A stretch of 64,000 nt of DNA. Source: an uncultured Eubacteriales bacterium (GTDB lineage Bacteria > Bacillota > Clostridia > Christensenellales > Aristaeellaceae). The notes beneath the pieces are model-generated. The model was not told where the DNA came from. It made no database searches and worked only from the letters and a program-made list of their open reading frames with translations. The stretch spans positions 972-64,971 of the forward strand of contig CADBNW010000060.1 of assembly GCA_902796025.1 (NCBI GenBank), written 5' to 3'. A program made the position numbers and the translations under genes. Below are positions 9,593 through 18,482 of this stretch, one piece after another. Each line of letters opens with the position of its first letter. The first letter of the stretch is position 1.

Positions 9593-10420
9593 ATGATAAA
9601 GCGTCTGTTTGCCTGCGTCCTGCTTCTTGCAATGATGATGCCCGCCTGCCATGCGCAGACGGGCACCTTGCGCGCGCTCAGCGTCGGCATCGCGCGCTAT
9701 GAGGACGGGCGCGTCAGGACTGGCGGCGTAAACTCCACCCAGGGCATGTACGACGCCCTGAGCCGCGCCTTTGGCGTCAACGGCAGCTTTCAGGGCGATC
9801 TTGCGCTGGACACCACAAAGCAGCAGCTATTGGATTTGATATCAGAAACCTTTTCAGAGGCTGAGGAAGGCGACGTCTCCCTTTTGTACATAAACGCCCA
9901 CGGGGGCGCGCAGGCCGGCATCAGCTGGATCGAAACGCGCGAAGGCGCGCGCCTTACCGCCTGGGAATTGGAGCGCACGCTGCGCAGAATAAAGGGACGG
10001 GTCGTGCTGCTGATCGACTGCTGCGCAAGCGGCGGCTTTACGGGCTTTGCGGGCGCGTATACAGGCGGCTTTACCGCCAATTTCCTCGCCTCCGACAAGT
10101 ACATGGCGCTGGTGTCCTGCGCGCTCGACGAAAACAGCTATCGCGTAAGCGCCAAGGACGCGCGGGAAGCCTACGTCTCCACCGCCTTCAGCCGCGCCGT
10201 GTGCGAGGGGCTGGGCTGGGATCTGATCAACGACCGCAGCACCTCCCTGAAGGCCGACGCCGACCGGGACAGGAGCGTAAGCTTAAGCGAACTGTATTCT
10301 TACGTCCTGCGCCGCGCGGGCTTTTACTTATCCGGCTCCAGCGAGGCCGTGCAGACCGCAAGCCTCTACCCCGAGGCCTGCGCCTTCATTATCGCCTCCC
10401 GGGGCAGCCGGGACGAATAG
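9593..10420 (+). CDS. Secreted caspase-like (peptidase C14 family) protein
   Basis: 275 aa. The signal peptide is MIKRLFACVLLLAMMMPACHA. A His-Gly (LLYINAHGG) and a Cys (VLLIDCCASGG) occupy the order and spacing of the caspase catalytic dyad. A C-terminal DADRDRSVSLSELY loop is present. The ATG directly abuts the TAA of the upstream gene. Confidence 0.6.
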   Translation: MIKRLFACVLLLAMMMPACHAQTGTLRALSVGIARYEDGRVRTGGVNSTQGMYDALSRAFGVNGSFQGDLALDTTKQQLLDLISETFSEAEEGDVSLLYINAHGGAQAGISWIETREGARLTAWELERTLRRIKGRVVLLIDCCASGGFTGFAGAYTGGFTANFLASDKYMALVSCALDENSYRVSAKDAREAYVSTAFSRAVCEGLGWDLINDRSTSLKADADRDRSVSLSELYSYVLRRAGFYLSGSSEAVQTASLYPEACAFIIASRGSRDE

Positions 10421-10421
10421 C

Positions 10422-10889
10422 TTATTCCGGATAGCTTAGCCGCCTGTGCTCCGTAAGCGCACGGCGGTATTTTTCTGTGTAGTACTTGGCCATCGGAAGA
10501 TTCTGGTCCAGGTAATTTCCGCACTCCTCCGGGCGCGCGCCGGGGATCTCCCCTTCAAAAGACAGGATAAAGTCGCACATCGAAAGCACCGTATCCACTA
10601 CCTCTTTGCTTTCAAGCGCTTCAAACATCACAAGATAAAAGCCGGTGCGGCAGCCCATGGGGCCAAAATACACCACGTCGTCCTTTACGGCGCTGTTTCT
10701 TAAAAACGTCGCGCCAAGGTGTTCGATCGTGTGGATCGCGGGCACATCCATCACCGGCTCGCGGTTTGGCGCGGTAAAGCGAAGGTCAAAGGTCGTGACG
10801 CACACGTCCCCGTGCCTGTCGCGCCTGGATACGTACAGCCCCGGCAATAGCTTCGTGTGATCGATCGTAAAGCTCGCGATTTTTTCCAT
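10422..10889 (-). CDS. luxS: S-ribosylhomocysteine lyase
   Basis: MEKIASFTIDHTKL...HTIEHLGATFLRN...GPMGCRTGFY. I chose the ATG at 10889; the track's start at 10907 is a TTG. Confidence 0.93.
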   Translation of the reverse strand: MEKIASFTIDHTKLLPGLYVSRRDRHGDVCVTTFDLRFTAPNREPVMDVPAIHTIEHLGATFLRNSAVKDDVVYFGPMGCRTGFYLVMFEALESKEVVDTVLSMCDFILSFEGEIPGARPEECGNYLDQNLPMAKYYTEKYRRALTEHRRLSYPE

Positions 10890-11001
10890 TTCATTTTTCC
10901 TTTCCAAAGGCCCTAAGACAAGGCCCTCTTGCGCAAGGCCCGCGCATTTCTTTCCAGCGCCTGCGCCTTAGCGCGGGCAGATTTCTGATTGACCTTCCCG
11001 C

Positions 11002-11030
11002 ATTGTAAGCAAAACCCCTTCTCCTGTAAA
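11002..11030 (-). promoter_or_regulatory. SigA-type promoter for luxS: TTTACA, 17-nt spacer, TACAAT
   Basis: On the minus strand, TTTACA is at 11030-11025 and TACAAT at 11007-11002. This leaves a leader of about 105 nt. Confidence 0.5.
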
Positions 11031-11112
11031 CCGCCGTGGGGTAAATTCTTGCATCATCTCAAGTTTTCACCCCTATTTTGGCCGCGTAAGCACTCAAGTG
11101 CGCATTTTGCGC

Positions 11113-11141
11113 TTGCAATGGCGACAAAAAACAGGTATAAT
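11113..11141 (+). promoter_or_regulatory. SigA-type promoter: TTGCAA, 17-nt spacer, TATAAT
   Basis: TTGCAA at 11113-11118 and TATAAT at 11136-11141, upstream of darA. Confidence 0.6.
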
Positions 11142-11178
11142 GGCAAAGGAAACTATTACTCTTAAGGGAGCTGATATT

Positions 11179-11508
11179 ATGAAACTACTTATTGCTATCG
11201 TTCAGGACGAAGACGCCTCCAAGCTGATCAGCGCCTTGATGGGCGAAGGCTACGGCGTAACAAAGCTTGCCACCACCGGAGGTTTTCTGCGCGCAGGCAA
11301 CACCACCCTGCTCATCGGCGTAGATGACTGCAAGCTCGACGGCGCGATGAGCGTGATCGAAAAGGTCTGCCACAGCCGCAAGCAGATCGCGACCGCTCCC
11401 ACCCAGATGATGGCGGGCATGACCAACTACACCCCCTACCCGGTCGAGGTCGTGGTGGGCGGCGCAACGGTATTCCAGCTGCACGTTGAACAGTTCAAAA
11501 AGTTCTGA
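11179..11508 (+). CDS. darA: PII-like cyclic-di-AMP receptor (YaaQ/DarA)
   Basis: Start trimmed to the ATG at 11179, after the AAGGGAG RBS. MKLLIAIVQDEDASKL...VTKLATTGGFLRAGNTTLLIGV...PYPVEVVVGGATVF closely follows B. subtilis DarA. The darA-holB-yaaT order is conserved. Confidence 0.9.
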   Translation: MKLLIAIVQDEDASKLISALMGEGYGVTKLATTGGFLRAGNTTLLIGVDDCKLDGAMSVIEKVCHSRKQIATAPTQMMAGMTNYTPYPVEVVVGGATVFQLHVEQFKKF

Positions 11509-12461
11509 TGGAGCTAAAGGGGCGCAAAAGCCTTTTGGAGCAGCTTAAGCGCCCGGTCAAGGCCGGGCGCGCTGCGCATGCCATGATCTTTGCCGGGCCC
11601 TCCGGCTCAGGTCGGCACAGCGCCGCGCTGTGGATGGCACAGGGTTTCAACTGCCTTGAAGCGCCCGAAAAGCGCCCCTGCGGCAAATGCCCGGAGTGCC
11701 GCCGCATGCTTTCGGGCTCCGCAAACGAGCTGATCGAGATAGAGCCGGACGGCGAAAGCGCGCGCAGCATCAAGATCGAAACGGCCCGGGCGCTGATCGA
11801 GCGCATCAGCATCCGCCCGGAAGGGCGCGTAAAGTGCGTGATCATCCGCGAAGCGGACAAAATGACCATCGACGCGCAGGACGCGCTGTTAAAGACCTTC
11901 GAGGAGCCGCCGCCCTACGTCGCGTTTTTTCTGATCACAGAGCGCCCCACAGCGCTTTTGCCCACCGTGCGCTCCCGCTGCGTCACGCTGCGCTTTGCGC
12001 CGCTTAAGACGGACGAGGTGCGTTCGTACCTGATCAGGCAGCAAAACCTTCTGCCGGACGAGGCCGAAAGGCTTGCGCATCTGTCCGGCGGCTGCATCGG
12101 CAAGGCCCTGCTTTGGATAAGCGACGCCCGCCTGAACCAATGGCACGACAAAATTTGCGAGGTCTTCAAGGATTTTGCCGCCCCGAAGGACGTCGCAAGA
12201 GCAGGCGCTGCGCTTGGCGCGATCGCGCCAAAGCCCGCGCAGAAGGCGGCCTTTGCGTCCTTTCTTTCGGCGATGCTTGAGCTTAGCGCCGGAGAGCTTC
12301 TACGGCAAAAGCCCAAAACGCAGCTTGCAGGCATCCTTTTGCAAAACGGCCTGGATGCGGAAAAGCTGCTTTCGGCGATCATGGAATTCAATCGGCTTCG
12401 CGCCGCAAATATAAATATTCAGTATGCCGTGGACGCGCTGCTCTACGGCATGGTAATGTAA
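11508..12461 (+). CDS. holB: DNA polymerase III delta' subunit
   Basis: HAMIFAGPSGSG, the zinc module CGKCPECRR, LLKTFEEPP and TVRSRC are present. The ATG overlaps the darA TGA. Confidence 0.9.
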   Translation: MELKGRKSLLEQLKRPVKAGRAAHAMIFAGPSGSGRHSAALWMAQGFNCLEAPEKRPCGKCPECRRMLSGSANELIEIEPDGESARSIKIETARALIERISIRPEGRVKCVIIREADKMTIDAQDALLKTFEEPPPYVAFFLITERPTALLPTVRSRCVTLRFAPLKTDEVRSYLIRQQNLLPDEAERLAHLSGGCIGKALLWISDARLNQWHDKICEVFKDFAAPKDVARAGAALGAIAPKPAQKAAFASFLSAMLELSAGELLRQKPKTQLAGILLQNGLDAEKLLSAIMEFNRLRAANINIQYAVDALLYGMVM

Positions 12462-12473
12462 ACGGAGGGATCC

Positions 12474-13478
12474 ATGGCAACAGTCGTTTGTGTCCGGTTC
12501 AGCAATACCGGCAAAGTGTATTATTTTTCTCCCGCTGAGGTCTGGCCGGAGCCGGGCGACAAGGTCATCGTCGAAACCGTGCGCGGCATCGAGCTTGGCG
12601 AAACCGTGACCGGCGCCCGCGAGGTCAGCGACGACAGCATCGTGGGCGAATTAAAGCCCATCATCCGCCGCGCGACCGAAAGCGATCTGGCCACCGAAAG
12701 GGCAAACCGCAAGCGCGAGATCGAGGCCTTCCCCATCTGCGAGGAAAAGATCCGCGATCACAAGCTGGACATGAAGCTTGTAAACGTGGAATGCACCTTT
12801 GACGGCTCCCGGATGGTATTCTATTTTACCTCAGAGGGGCGCGTAGATTTCCGCGAGCTGGTGCGGGACCTTGCAAGCGCCTTCCACACGAGGATCGAGC
12901 TAAGGCAGATTGGCGCGCGGGACGAGGCGCGCTTTATGGGCGGCCTTGGCGTGTGCGGGCGCGAGATCTGCTGCGGCGCGTTCCTTAGCGACTTTACGCC
13001 CGTATCCATCAAAATGGCCAAGGAGCAAAACCTCTCCTTAAACCCCACCAAGATCTCCGGCCAGTGCGGAAGGCTGATGTGCTGCCTGAAATACGAGCAG
13101 GATTTCTATGAGGAGACCTTAAAAAAGCTGCCTCGCGTGGGCAAGGACATCATGACGCCGGACGGCGTCGGGGTCGTGACCGATATAGACGTGCTGCATG
13201 AGACCGTAAAGGTGCGGGTGCAAAGCGGGGACGATTACGAGATCCGCGCCTACAAGGTGGACGACGTGCGCCGCCTCGCGCCCGGTGAAAAGCCCGTCAA
13301 GGGCCGCGAGGAGCCCCAAAAGCCCCAGGAGGAGGCGCAAAAGCCCGAGCCCGAAAGCAAAAAGGAGGAGAAGCCCCGCTATCCCCGCCCCAAAAAGAAC
13401 AAAACCATGAACACCGACGAGTACATCGAGCGCCACAGCGCGCAGGCCCAGGATCCCGCTGAGGGACCCGAGGCCTGA
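12474..13478 (+). CDS. ricT: PSP1-domain regulator RicT (YaaT), with Lys/Glu/Pro-rich C-terminal tail
   Basis: The PSP1 pattern is present (VRFSNTGKVYYFSP...VECTFDGSRMVFYFTSEGRVDFRELVRDL...CGRLMCCLKYE). The gene sits after holB, its conserved position. Confidence 0.88.
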   Translation: MATVVCVRFSNTGKVYYFSPAEVWPEPGDKVIVETVRGIELGETVTGAREVSDDSIVGELKPIIRRATESDLATERANRKREIEAFPICEEKIRDHKLDMKLVNVECTFDGSRMVFYFTSEGRVDFRELVRDLASAFHTRIELRQIGARDEARFMGGLGVCGREICCGAFLSDFTPVSIKMAKEQNLSLNPTKISGQCGRLMCCLKYEQDFYEETLKKLPRVGKDIMTPDGVGVVTDIDVLHETVKVRVQSGDDYEIRAYKVDDVRRLAPGEKPVKGREEPQKPQEEAQKPEPESKKEEKPRYPRPKKNKTMNTDEYIERHSAQAQDPAEGPEA

Positions 13479-13512
13479 GCGTCCGAACGCTTAAGAAGCA
13501 AGATAAAAACCG

Positions 13513-15786
13513 TCACACGGTGCACAGCACCTCGCCGCTTTCAAGCGGCAGTAGATCGCCGTCCAGCAGCGCGCCTTTAAAGTATAGGGCGCGCTTTCCT
13601 GTGCGCTTGTAGCTTATGTCGTAGGTATAGCCCCTGAACTGCTTTTTGACGCGCGCTTCCTTCCAGCTGTCCGGCAGGCAGGGGGCGACATGCAGGCCCT
13701 CGAGGCTGGGCTTCAAGCCCAGCACGAACTGCGCCATGGCCTTCAAAAACCACTGTCCGGTGGCGGTGCGCCAGCTCTGCCCGGGCGTGCCGTAGCGGTA
13801 GCCGGTCTCCTTGCCCATGTAGCAGTTGCAAAGCACATAGGGCTCCGCCCGCCCGTTCACGACGGGATTGCGGAAGGGCAGGATCTGCATAACGTCCTCC
13901 CCCACGGCCTTTTCGTCGCCGCGCAGGGCGTCCACGGCCAGCTTCCAGCACATGGAATGCAGGTACACGCCGCCGTTTTCCTGCACGCCGGGGGCCTTCT
14001 GGGCGATGCTGCCGATCCACGCGCTGTGCTCGGGGGTGTAGGGCGGGCAGCTTACGCGCGTGCCCAAAGGATCCTTCAAAATCGCGCATGCCGCTTGGTA
14101 GGCCGCTTCCTCGCGCCCCTCTCCAAGGCCGCCTGCAAGGATCGCCCAAAGCTGGGGATTCAAAAACACGCTGCCCTCCGCGCAGTCGGAAGCGCCGACA
14201 TTTTCACCGTCGTCGCTGATGGCGTAGATGTAATAGCCGCCCTTTTCGTCCCAGCCGTAGCGGTTGATGAGGGCGCACATTTCGCTGATCTGCTTAGACA
14301 GCGCGTCCAATTCCTCTTTGCCCCGGCCAAGCGCCCTGCCAAGCTCGCACAGCTGCCTTGCCGCCCGCACCCAGGCGATGGACAGCCACAGGCTCACGCC
14401 CTGGCCCTTGATGCCCACGTTGTTCATGCAGTCATTCCAGTCGCCGCCCCAGATGCGGATCAGCCCGTGCAGGCCCTTAAAGTGATACAAAAAGTCCACC
14501 GAGCGGCGAATGTGCTCGTAGACCGTTGCGACGGAACCGTCGTTAAAGGGCACCGCCTCGTTAAGCAGGCTGATGTCCCCAAGATCCATGACGATGTAGT
14601 ACACGGTAAAGCTCAGCCACACGGCGCAGTCCGAAAAATTGTTGTCGCGGATCTGGCCGTCGATAAACGTGCGCGGCGCGTAACCGTTTGCGTACTGATA
14701 GCTCAACAGCCGCTTTATGCGCTGCCAGGCCAAAGCCGCGTCAAAGCAGGCCAGGCACTCGGTGTCGCTTGCGATGTCGCGGTAGCCGTTGTGGCGCACC
14801 CTGGCCCAGCGGGAGCCAAGGTCGGTCTGCTGCTTTAGCCATACGTTCATAAGCGCGTTGAGCTCGGGATCTGGCGTAGTGAACTGCGCTCCCCTCTTGC
14901 TTAGGTCCTTTGCGCGCTCACTCAAATACTCCGTGTCAAGCGCGGTCTTTGCAAGGCCGTCAAGACCCGCGCAGTACTCCTTTGCAAAATCCAGCGTGTC
15001 GCAAAGCCCGCTCGCAAAGGCGATGATCGCGCTTTCCCCGGGCTGAAGGCTCAGGCTGCACTGCACGGCAAAGCCCATCTTTTCCGCGGTGCAGTCGCTA
15101 TTTTGGCACCCGCCCCTGTGCAGGGCCGCGGGATCCGCAAGGCTTCCGTAGGGGCCGATAAAGGCGTTGCGCGCGTGATCGTAGCCGGAGATCGGGCGGC
15201 TGCACGCGTGGAAGAAGCAAAAGCACCGCTGCGCCCTGTCAAACAGCTCGTCAAATTCAAAGTGGATGCCCTGCGCCCAGTCGTCCCTGCGGGCGGAAGC
15301 GGTGTTGTAGCCCTGCGGCCTGTACACGCCGTCAAAGTCGTTGTCCACGTAGGAGATGAGCTTCAGGCTTCGGGGCGCGCTGCTTTCATTGGTCAGGCGC
15401 ACGCAGCTTACCTCGATCCCCGTGTATGGCTGCTCCGTCCTGGGTACAAACAGCGTATACTCGCTTTTGATGCCGCAGTTTTTCAATGTGATGGTCGTAG
15501 AGCCCGGCCTGTGCGTACAGTCGTAGCTTTCCCACTTATGGTACACGGGCAGGCCGCAAAGGCTCCAGCCCGCATCCCCCTCCACGAGGTACAGGCCTCT
15601 TGCCTTTACGGGCATCAGCCTTATGCCAAGCTTATCCTGCAAAAAGCCCTGCCCCGTGCCGACCTGAGAGGTGAAGGTGACGTAGTCGTCGGTAAAGAAG
15701 TAGTTGTACCAGTTGCGCGGAAGCTCAGGTGTGGTGATGTGGTATTCGCGCCCTTCGTCTGCAAAGAAACCGTAGGGTGAAAGCAT
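13513..15786 (-). CDS. GH94-like glycoside phosphorylase (cellobiose/chitobiose phosphorylase superfamily)
   Basis: About 757 aa. The N-terminus FFADEGREYHITTPELPRNWYNYF resembles the GH94 N-terminal pattern. GGDWNDCMN and ENGGVYLH are catalytic-domain-like. The ATG at 15786 fits the GGGGAGGA RBS better than the one at 15792. Confidence 0.6.
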   Translation of the reverse strand: MLSPYGFFADEGREYHITTPELPRNWYNYFFTDDYVTFTSQVGTGQGFLQDKLGIRLMPVKARGLYLVEGDAGWSLCGLPVYHKWESYDCTHRPGSTTITLKNCGIKSEYTLFVPRTEQPYTGIEVSCVRLTNESSAPRSLKLISYVDNDFDGVYRPQGYNTASARRDDWAQGIHFEFDELFDRAQRCFCFFHACSRPISGYDHARNAFIGPYGSLADPAALHRGGCQNSDCTAEKMGFAVQCSLSLQPGESAIIAFASGLCDTLDFAKEYCAGLDGLAKTALDTEYLSERAKDLSKRGAQFTTPDPELNALMNVWLKQQTDLGSRWARVRHNGYRDIASDTECLACFDAALAWQRIKRLLSYQYANGYAPRTFIDGQIRDNNFSDCAVWLSFTVYYIVMDLGDISLLNEAVPFNDGSVATVYEHIRRSVDFLYHFKGLHGLIRIWGGDWNDCMNNVGIKGQGVSLWLSIAWVRAARQLCELGRALGRGKEELDALSKQISEMCALINRYGWDEKGGYYIYAISDDGENVGASDCAEGSVFLNPQLWAILAGGLGEGREEAAYQAACAILKDPLGTRVSCPPYTPEHSAWIGSIAQKAPGVQENGGVYLHSMCWKLAVDALRGDEKAVGEDVMQILPFRNPVVNGRAEPYVLCNCYMGKETGYRYGTPGQSWRTATGQWFLKAMAQFVLGLKPSLEGLHVAPCLPDSWKEARVKKQFRGYTYDISYKRTGKRALYFKGALLDGDLLPLESGEVLCTV

Positions 15787-15808
15787 GTTCATTCCTCCCC
15801 GCTATTAT

Positions 15809-17248
15809 TTATCCAAGCTGCTCCTTGATGCGCTTTACGGTGTGCAGCAAAAAGATCATGCACAGGATCAGCGAAACGACCTCCGCGATCGGGAACGCCG
15901 CCCACACGGCGCTTAAGCCAAATAGCCTTCCAAGCAGCCAGCTTGCCGGCAGCAGCACGCCGAGCTGGCGCAGGATGGAGATGAGCATGGAGTGCGCGGG
16001 ATTGCCCACCGCCTGAAACACAGAGGTCATGATGATGCAAAAGCCCGCGATGGGAAAGTGGATGCCGATGATGCGAAGCCCGTTAGAGCCGATTTTAAGA
16101 AGCTCCGGGCTTGCGTTGAACAGGCTCAGCAGCGCTTCCGGCATCAGCTCGAAAACCAGACAGCCCACCGTCATGATCGCGATCGACGCGCACAGTGCAA
16201 GCTTTACGGTCTTCCACAGGCGCTCGCGCTTTTTCGCGCCGTAGTTGAAGGAGATGATCGGCACCATGCCGTTGTTTAGGCCAAACACCGGCATGAACAC
16301 AAAGCTTTGCAGCTTGTAGTACACGCCGAAAAACGCGGTGGCGGTATCGGTAAAGGAGATGAGGATCAGATTCATCAGATAGTTCATGACCGAGCCCACG
16401 CACTGCATGATGATGGAGGGAATGCCGATCTTATAGATCTGCTTTACCGTCGGGCCATGCCAGCGCAGCTTGCTTATGCGGATCCTGACCTCCTTCACTG
16501 TGCACATCACAAGGATCGTCGCAAGCCCACCCGCGACGAACTGTCCGATCACCGTGGCGATCGCCGCGCCCTTTACCTCAAAGGCCGGGATGCCAAGCTT
16601 TGCGTTTCCAAAGATAAACACGGGATCCAGCACGATATTCGTGATCGCGCCGCAGAGCTGGCACAGCATCGCAAGGGCGCTGCGCCCGGTCGCGGTCAGC
16701 ATGCGCTCAAACGTGGCCTGCATAAAAAAGCCCAGCGAGAAGCAAAGGCAGATCGTGCAATAGGAGGTGCCGTAATCGATGATGCTGCCGATCCTGGCAA
16801 TTTCGTCCGCGCGCCGCGCGGCGTCCTCGATGGCCCTTGCCGCGCGCAGGTTCGGGATGTTGATGGAGCGGAAATACACCCCCGAAAGCCCTATGCCGAT
16901 CAGCGCAAACAGGGCGTAGGTGATCAGGGACAAAAGCAGGCCCGTGTTCACGCTGCGCTCGGCTTCCGGCAGCATGCGCGCGCCAAGATACCTTGAAAAC
17001 ATCGCGTTGGTGCCAACAGCCGTGCCTATGCCGACACCGATCATCAGCGTCTGCAGCGGGAACGCCAGCGACACGGCATTCAGCGCCTCCTGGCTGAGCT
17101 TGGATACATACAGGCTGTCCACCACGTTGTACAGCGCCTGCACCAGCATGGAAACCATCATCGGCAGCGCTGTTACAAGCAGCAGGCGTCCGACAGGCGC
17201 AGTGCCCATATCGTTTTGTTTTGCGGCGTTCAAAGCGGATTTTTGCAT
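15809..17248 (-). CDS. MATE family efflux transporter
   Basis: 479 aa with about 12 hydrophobic segments. The N-terminus PVGRLLLVTALPMMVSMLVQALYNVVDSLYVS is the typical MATE pattern. Confidence 0.85.
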   Translation of the reverse strand: MQKSALNAAKQNDMGTAPVGRLLLVTALPMMVSMLVQALYNVVDSLYVSKLSQEALNAVSLAFPLQTLMIGVGIGTAVGTNAMFSRYLGARMLPEAERSVNTGLLLSLITYALFALIGIGLSGVYFRSINIPNLRAARAIEDAARRADEIARIGSIIDYGTSYCTICLCFSLGFFMQATFERMLTATGRSALAMLCQLCGAITNIVLDPVFIFGNAKLGIPAFEVKGAAIATVIGQFVAGGLATILVMCTVKEVRIRISKLRWHGPTVKQIYKIGIPSIIMQCVGSVMNYLMNLILISFTDTATAFFGVYYKLQSFVFMPVFGLNNGMVPIISFNYGAKKRERLWKTVKLALCASIAIMTVGCLVFELMPEALLSLFNASPELLKIGSNGLRIIGIHFPIAGFCIIMTSVFQAVGNPAHSMLISILRQLGVLLPASWLLGRLFGLSAVWAAFPIAEVVSLILCMIFLLHTVKRIKEQLG

Positions 17249-17382
17249 GGGTCCCTCCGTTGGAATGAGATTATACTATGATACGCCGAAAACACTATCT
17301 GCATGCGTAAAAGAGATTAATTTTGAGTTTATGTGTGCAAAGAGGCCTTGCATGAAGCGCTTTTTTGCAGGGCCGCTTTCTA

Positions 17383-18420
17383 TCAGGACCTTTCACCCAT
17401 GCTTTTCCACATCGCCCCGGCAAGGTCTGTGATCAGCTTTATCAGTTCCAGATCGCGCGTGTACTTCTCCGGGATCCCCCTAAGGCCAAGCCTTGCGCCC
17501 ACCAGGTTTCCCGCGATCGCGCCCGTGGAATCGCTGTCGCCCTTGTGGTTCACCGCGGCGCACAGGGCCCGTTCAAAGTCGTCTTCATACCGCGCCGCGC
17601 AAAACAGCGCGATGGCCAGCGCCTCGTCCCCCACCCAGCCTTCGCCAAGAATGTGGACGGCGTCAAGGTCCGTTAGGGAAGAGCGCGAAAGCTCCAAAGC
17701 GCGCTCCAACTGCTTTTTGTGCAAAAAACTGTCAGAAAGCTTCCCCCACAAGTCGTCAAGCACGTTCAAGGTATCCTCTGCCGCAGCTTGAACGCTGCAT
17801 GCGCCCTCGCTTAACTCCCATACCATCACGGCGAGCGCCGCCGCGGGCAGCCAGCCAAGCGCGTGGCCGTGCGTGAGCGCGCCAGCCCACGCGCCAAGCC
17901 GGGCAACGTCCCTTGCGTCCGCACCCGTGCCCGCAAAGTACAGCCCCACGGGCGCGGTGCGCATGACGCCGCCGCAGCCCTTGCTGTTGTTGATCGGGTT
18001 TTCCGGCGTTCCGCCGCCGCCCATGCGCAGCGCGCTTAGGCAGCTGTTGCCGGGAGCCCGGCGCGAAAACAATTCCTTAACGCCAAGCAGCCCCGCGTTT
18101 TTCTCCTGCTCCTCAAATCTCTCCGTCTGCGTTTTGAACCAGTCAAGATAGGCTCTGTTGATGCTTAGCGCATACTGTGGCAGGCTTTCTTCGTTCAGCG
18201 GCCCGGCGTCTGCATCCAAAAGCCCCTGGGCGGTAAACAGCGTCATCTGCGTATCGTCAGAGATGCGCGCCGCGCCGTCCGAAAGCGCATACTCGCTTAT
18301 CCCGCCGCGCCCGAATCTGGAAAAGATCTCCCCCTCGCTCATAAACTCTACGGGATAGCCCAGCGCGTCGCCAGCCGCGCCGCCGATCAGGCAGCCCTGG
18401 AATCTGTCCAGCTCTCTCAT
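17383..18420 (-). CDS. ADP-ribosylglycohydrolase family protein
   Basis: 345 aa. DRFQGCLIGGAAGDALGYPVEF and the C-terminal GDSDSTGAIAGNLVGA are metal-binding signatures. Confidence 0.85.
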   Translation of the reverse strand: MRELDRFQGCLIGGAAGDALGYPVEFMSEGEIFSRFGRGGISEYALSDGAARISDDTQMTLFTAQGLLDADAGPLNEESLPQYALSINRAYLDWFKTQTERFEEQEKNAGLLGVKELFSRRAPGNSCLSALRMGGGGTPENPINNSKGCGGVMRTAPVGLYFAGTGADARDVARLGAWAGALTHGHALGWLPAAALAVMVWELSEGACSVQAAAEDTLNVLDDLWGKLSDSFLHKKQLERALELSRSSLTDLDAVHILGEGWVGDEALAIALFCAARYEDDFERALCAAVNHKGDSDSTGAIAGNLVGARLGLRGIPEKYTRDLELIKLITDLAGAMWKSMGERS

Positions 18421-18482
18421 TTTTGCATCCTCTAAATTTGCTTATCGCCCACCTGCGGCAGCGCCAGATTTTGGCCTTCCCT

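Noticed and set aside
10890-11001. luxS leader as a SAM-I or SAH riboswitch.
   Set aside because: I could not find the conserved core blocks of these classes. It is kept only as a low-interest structured leader.
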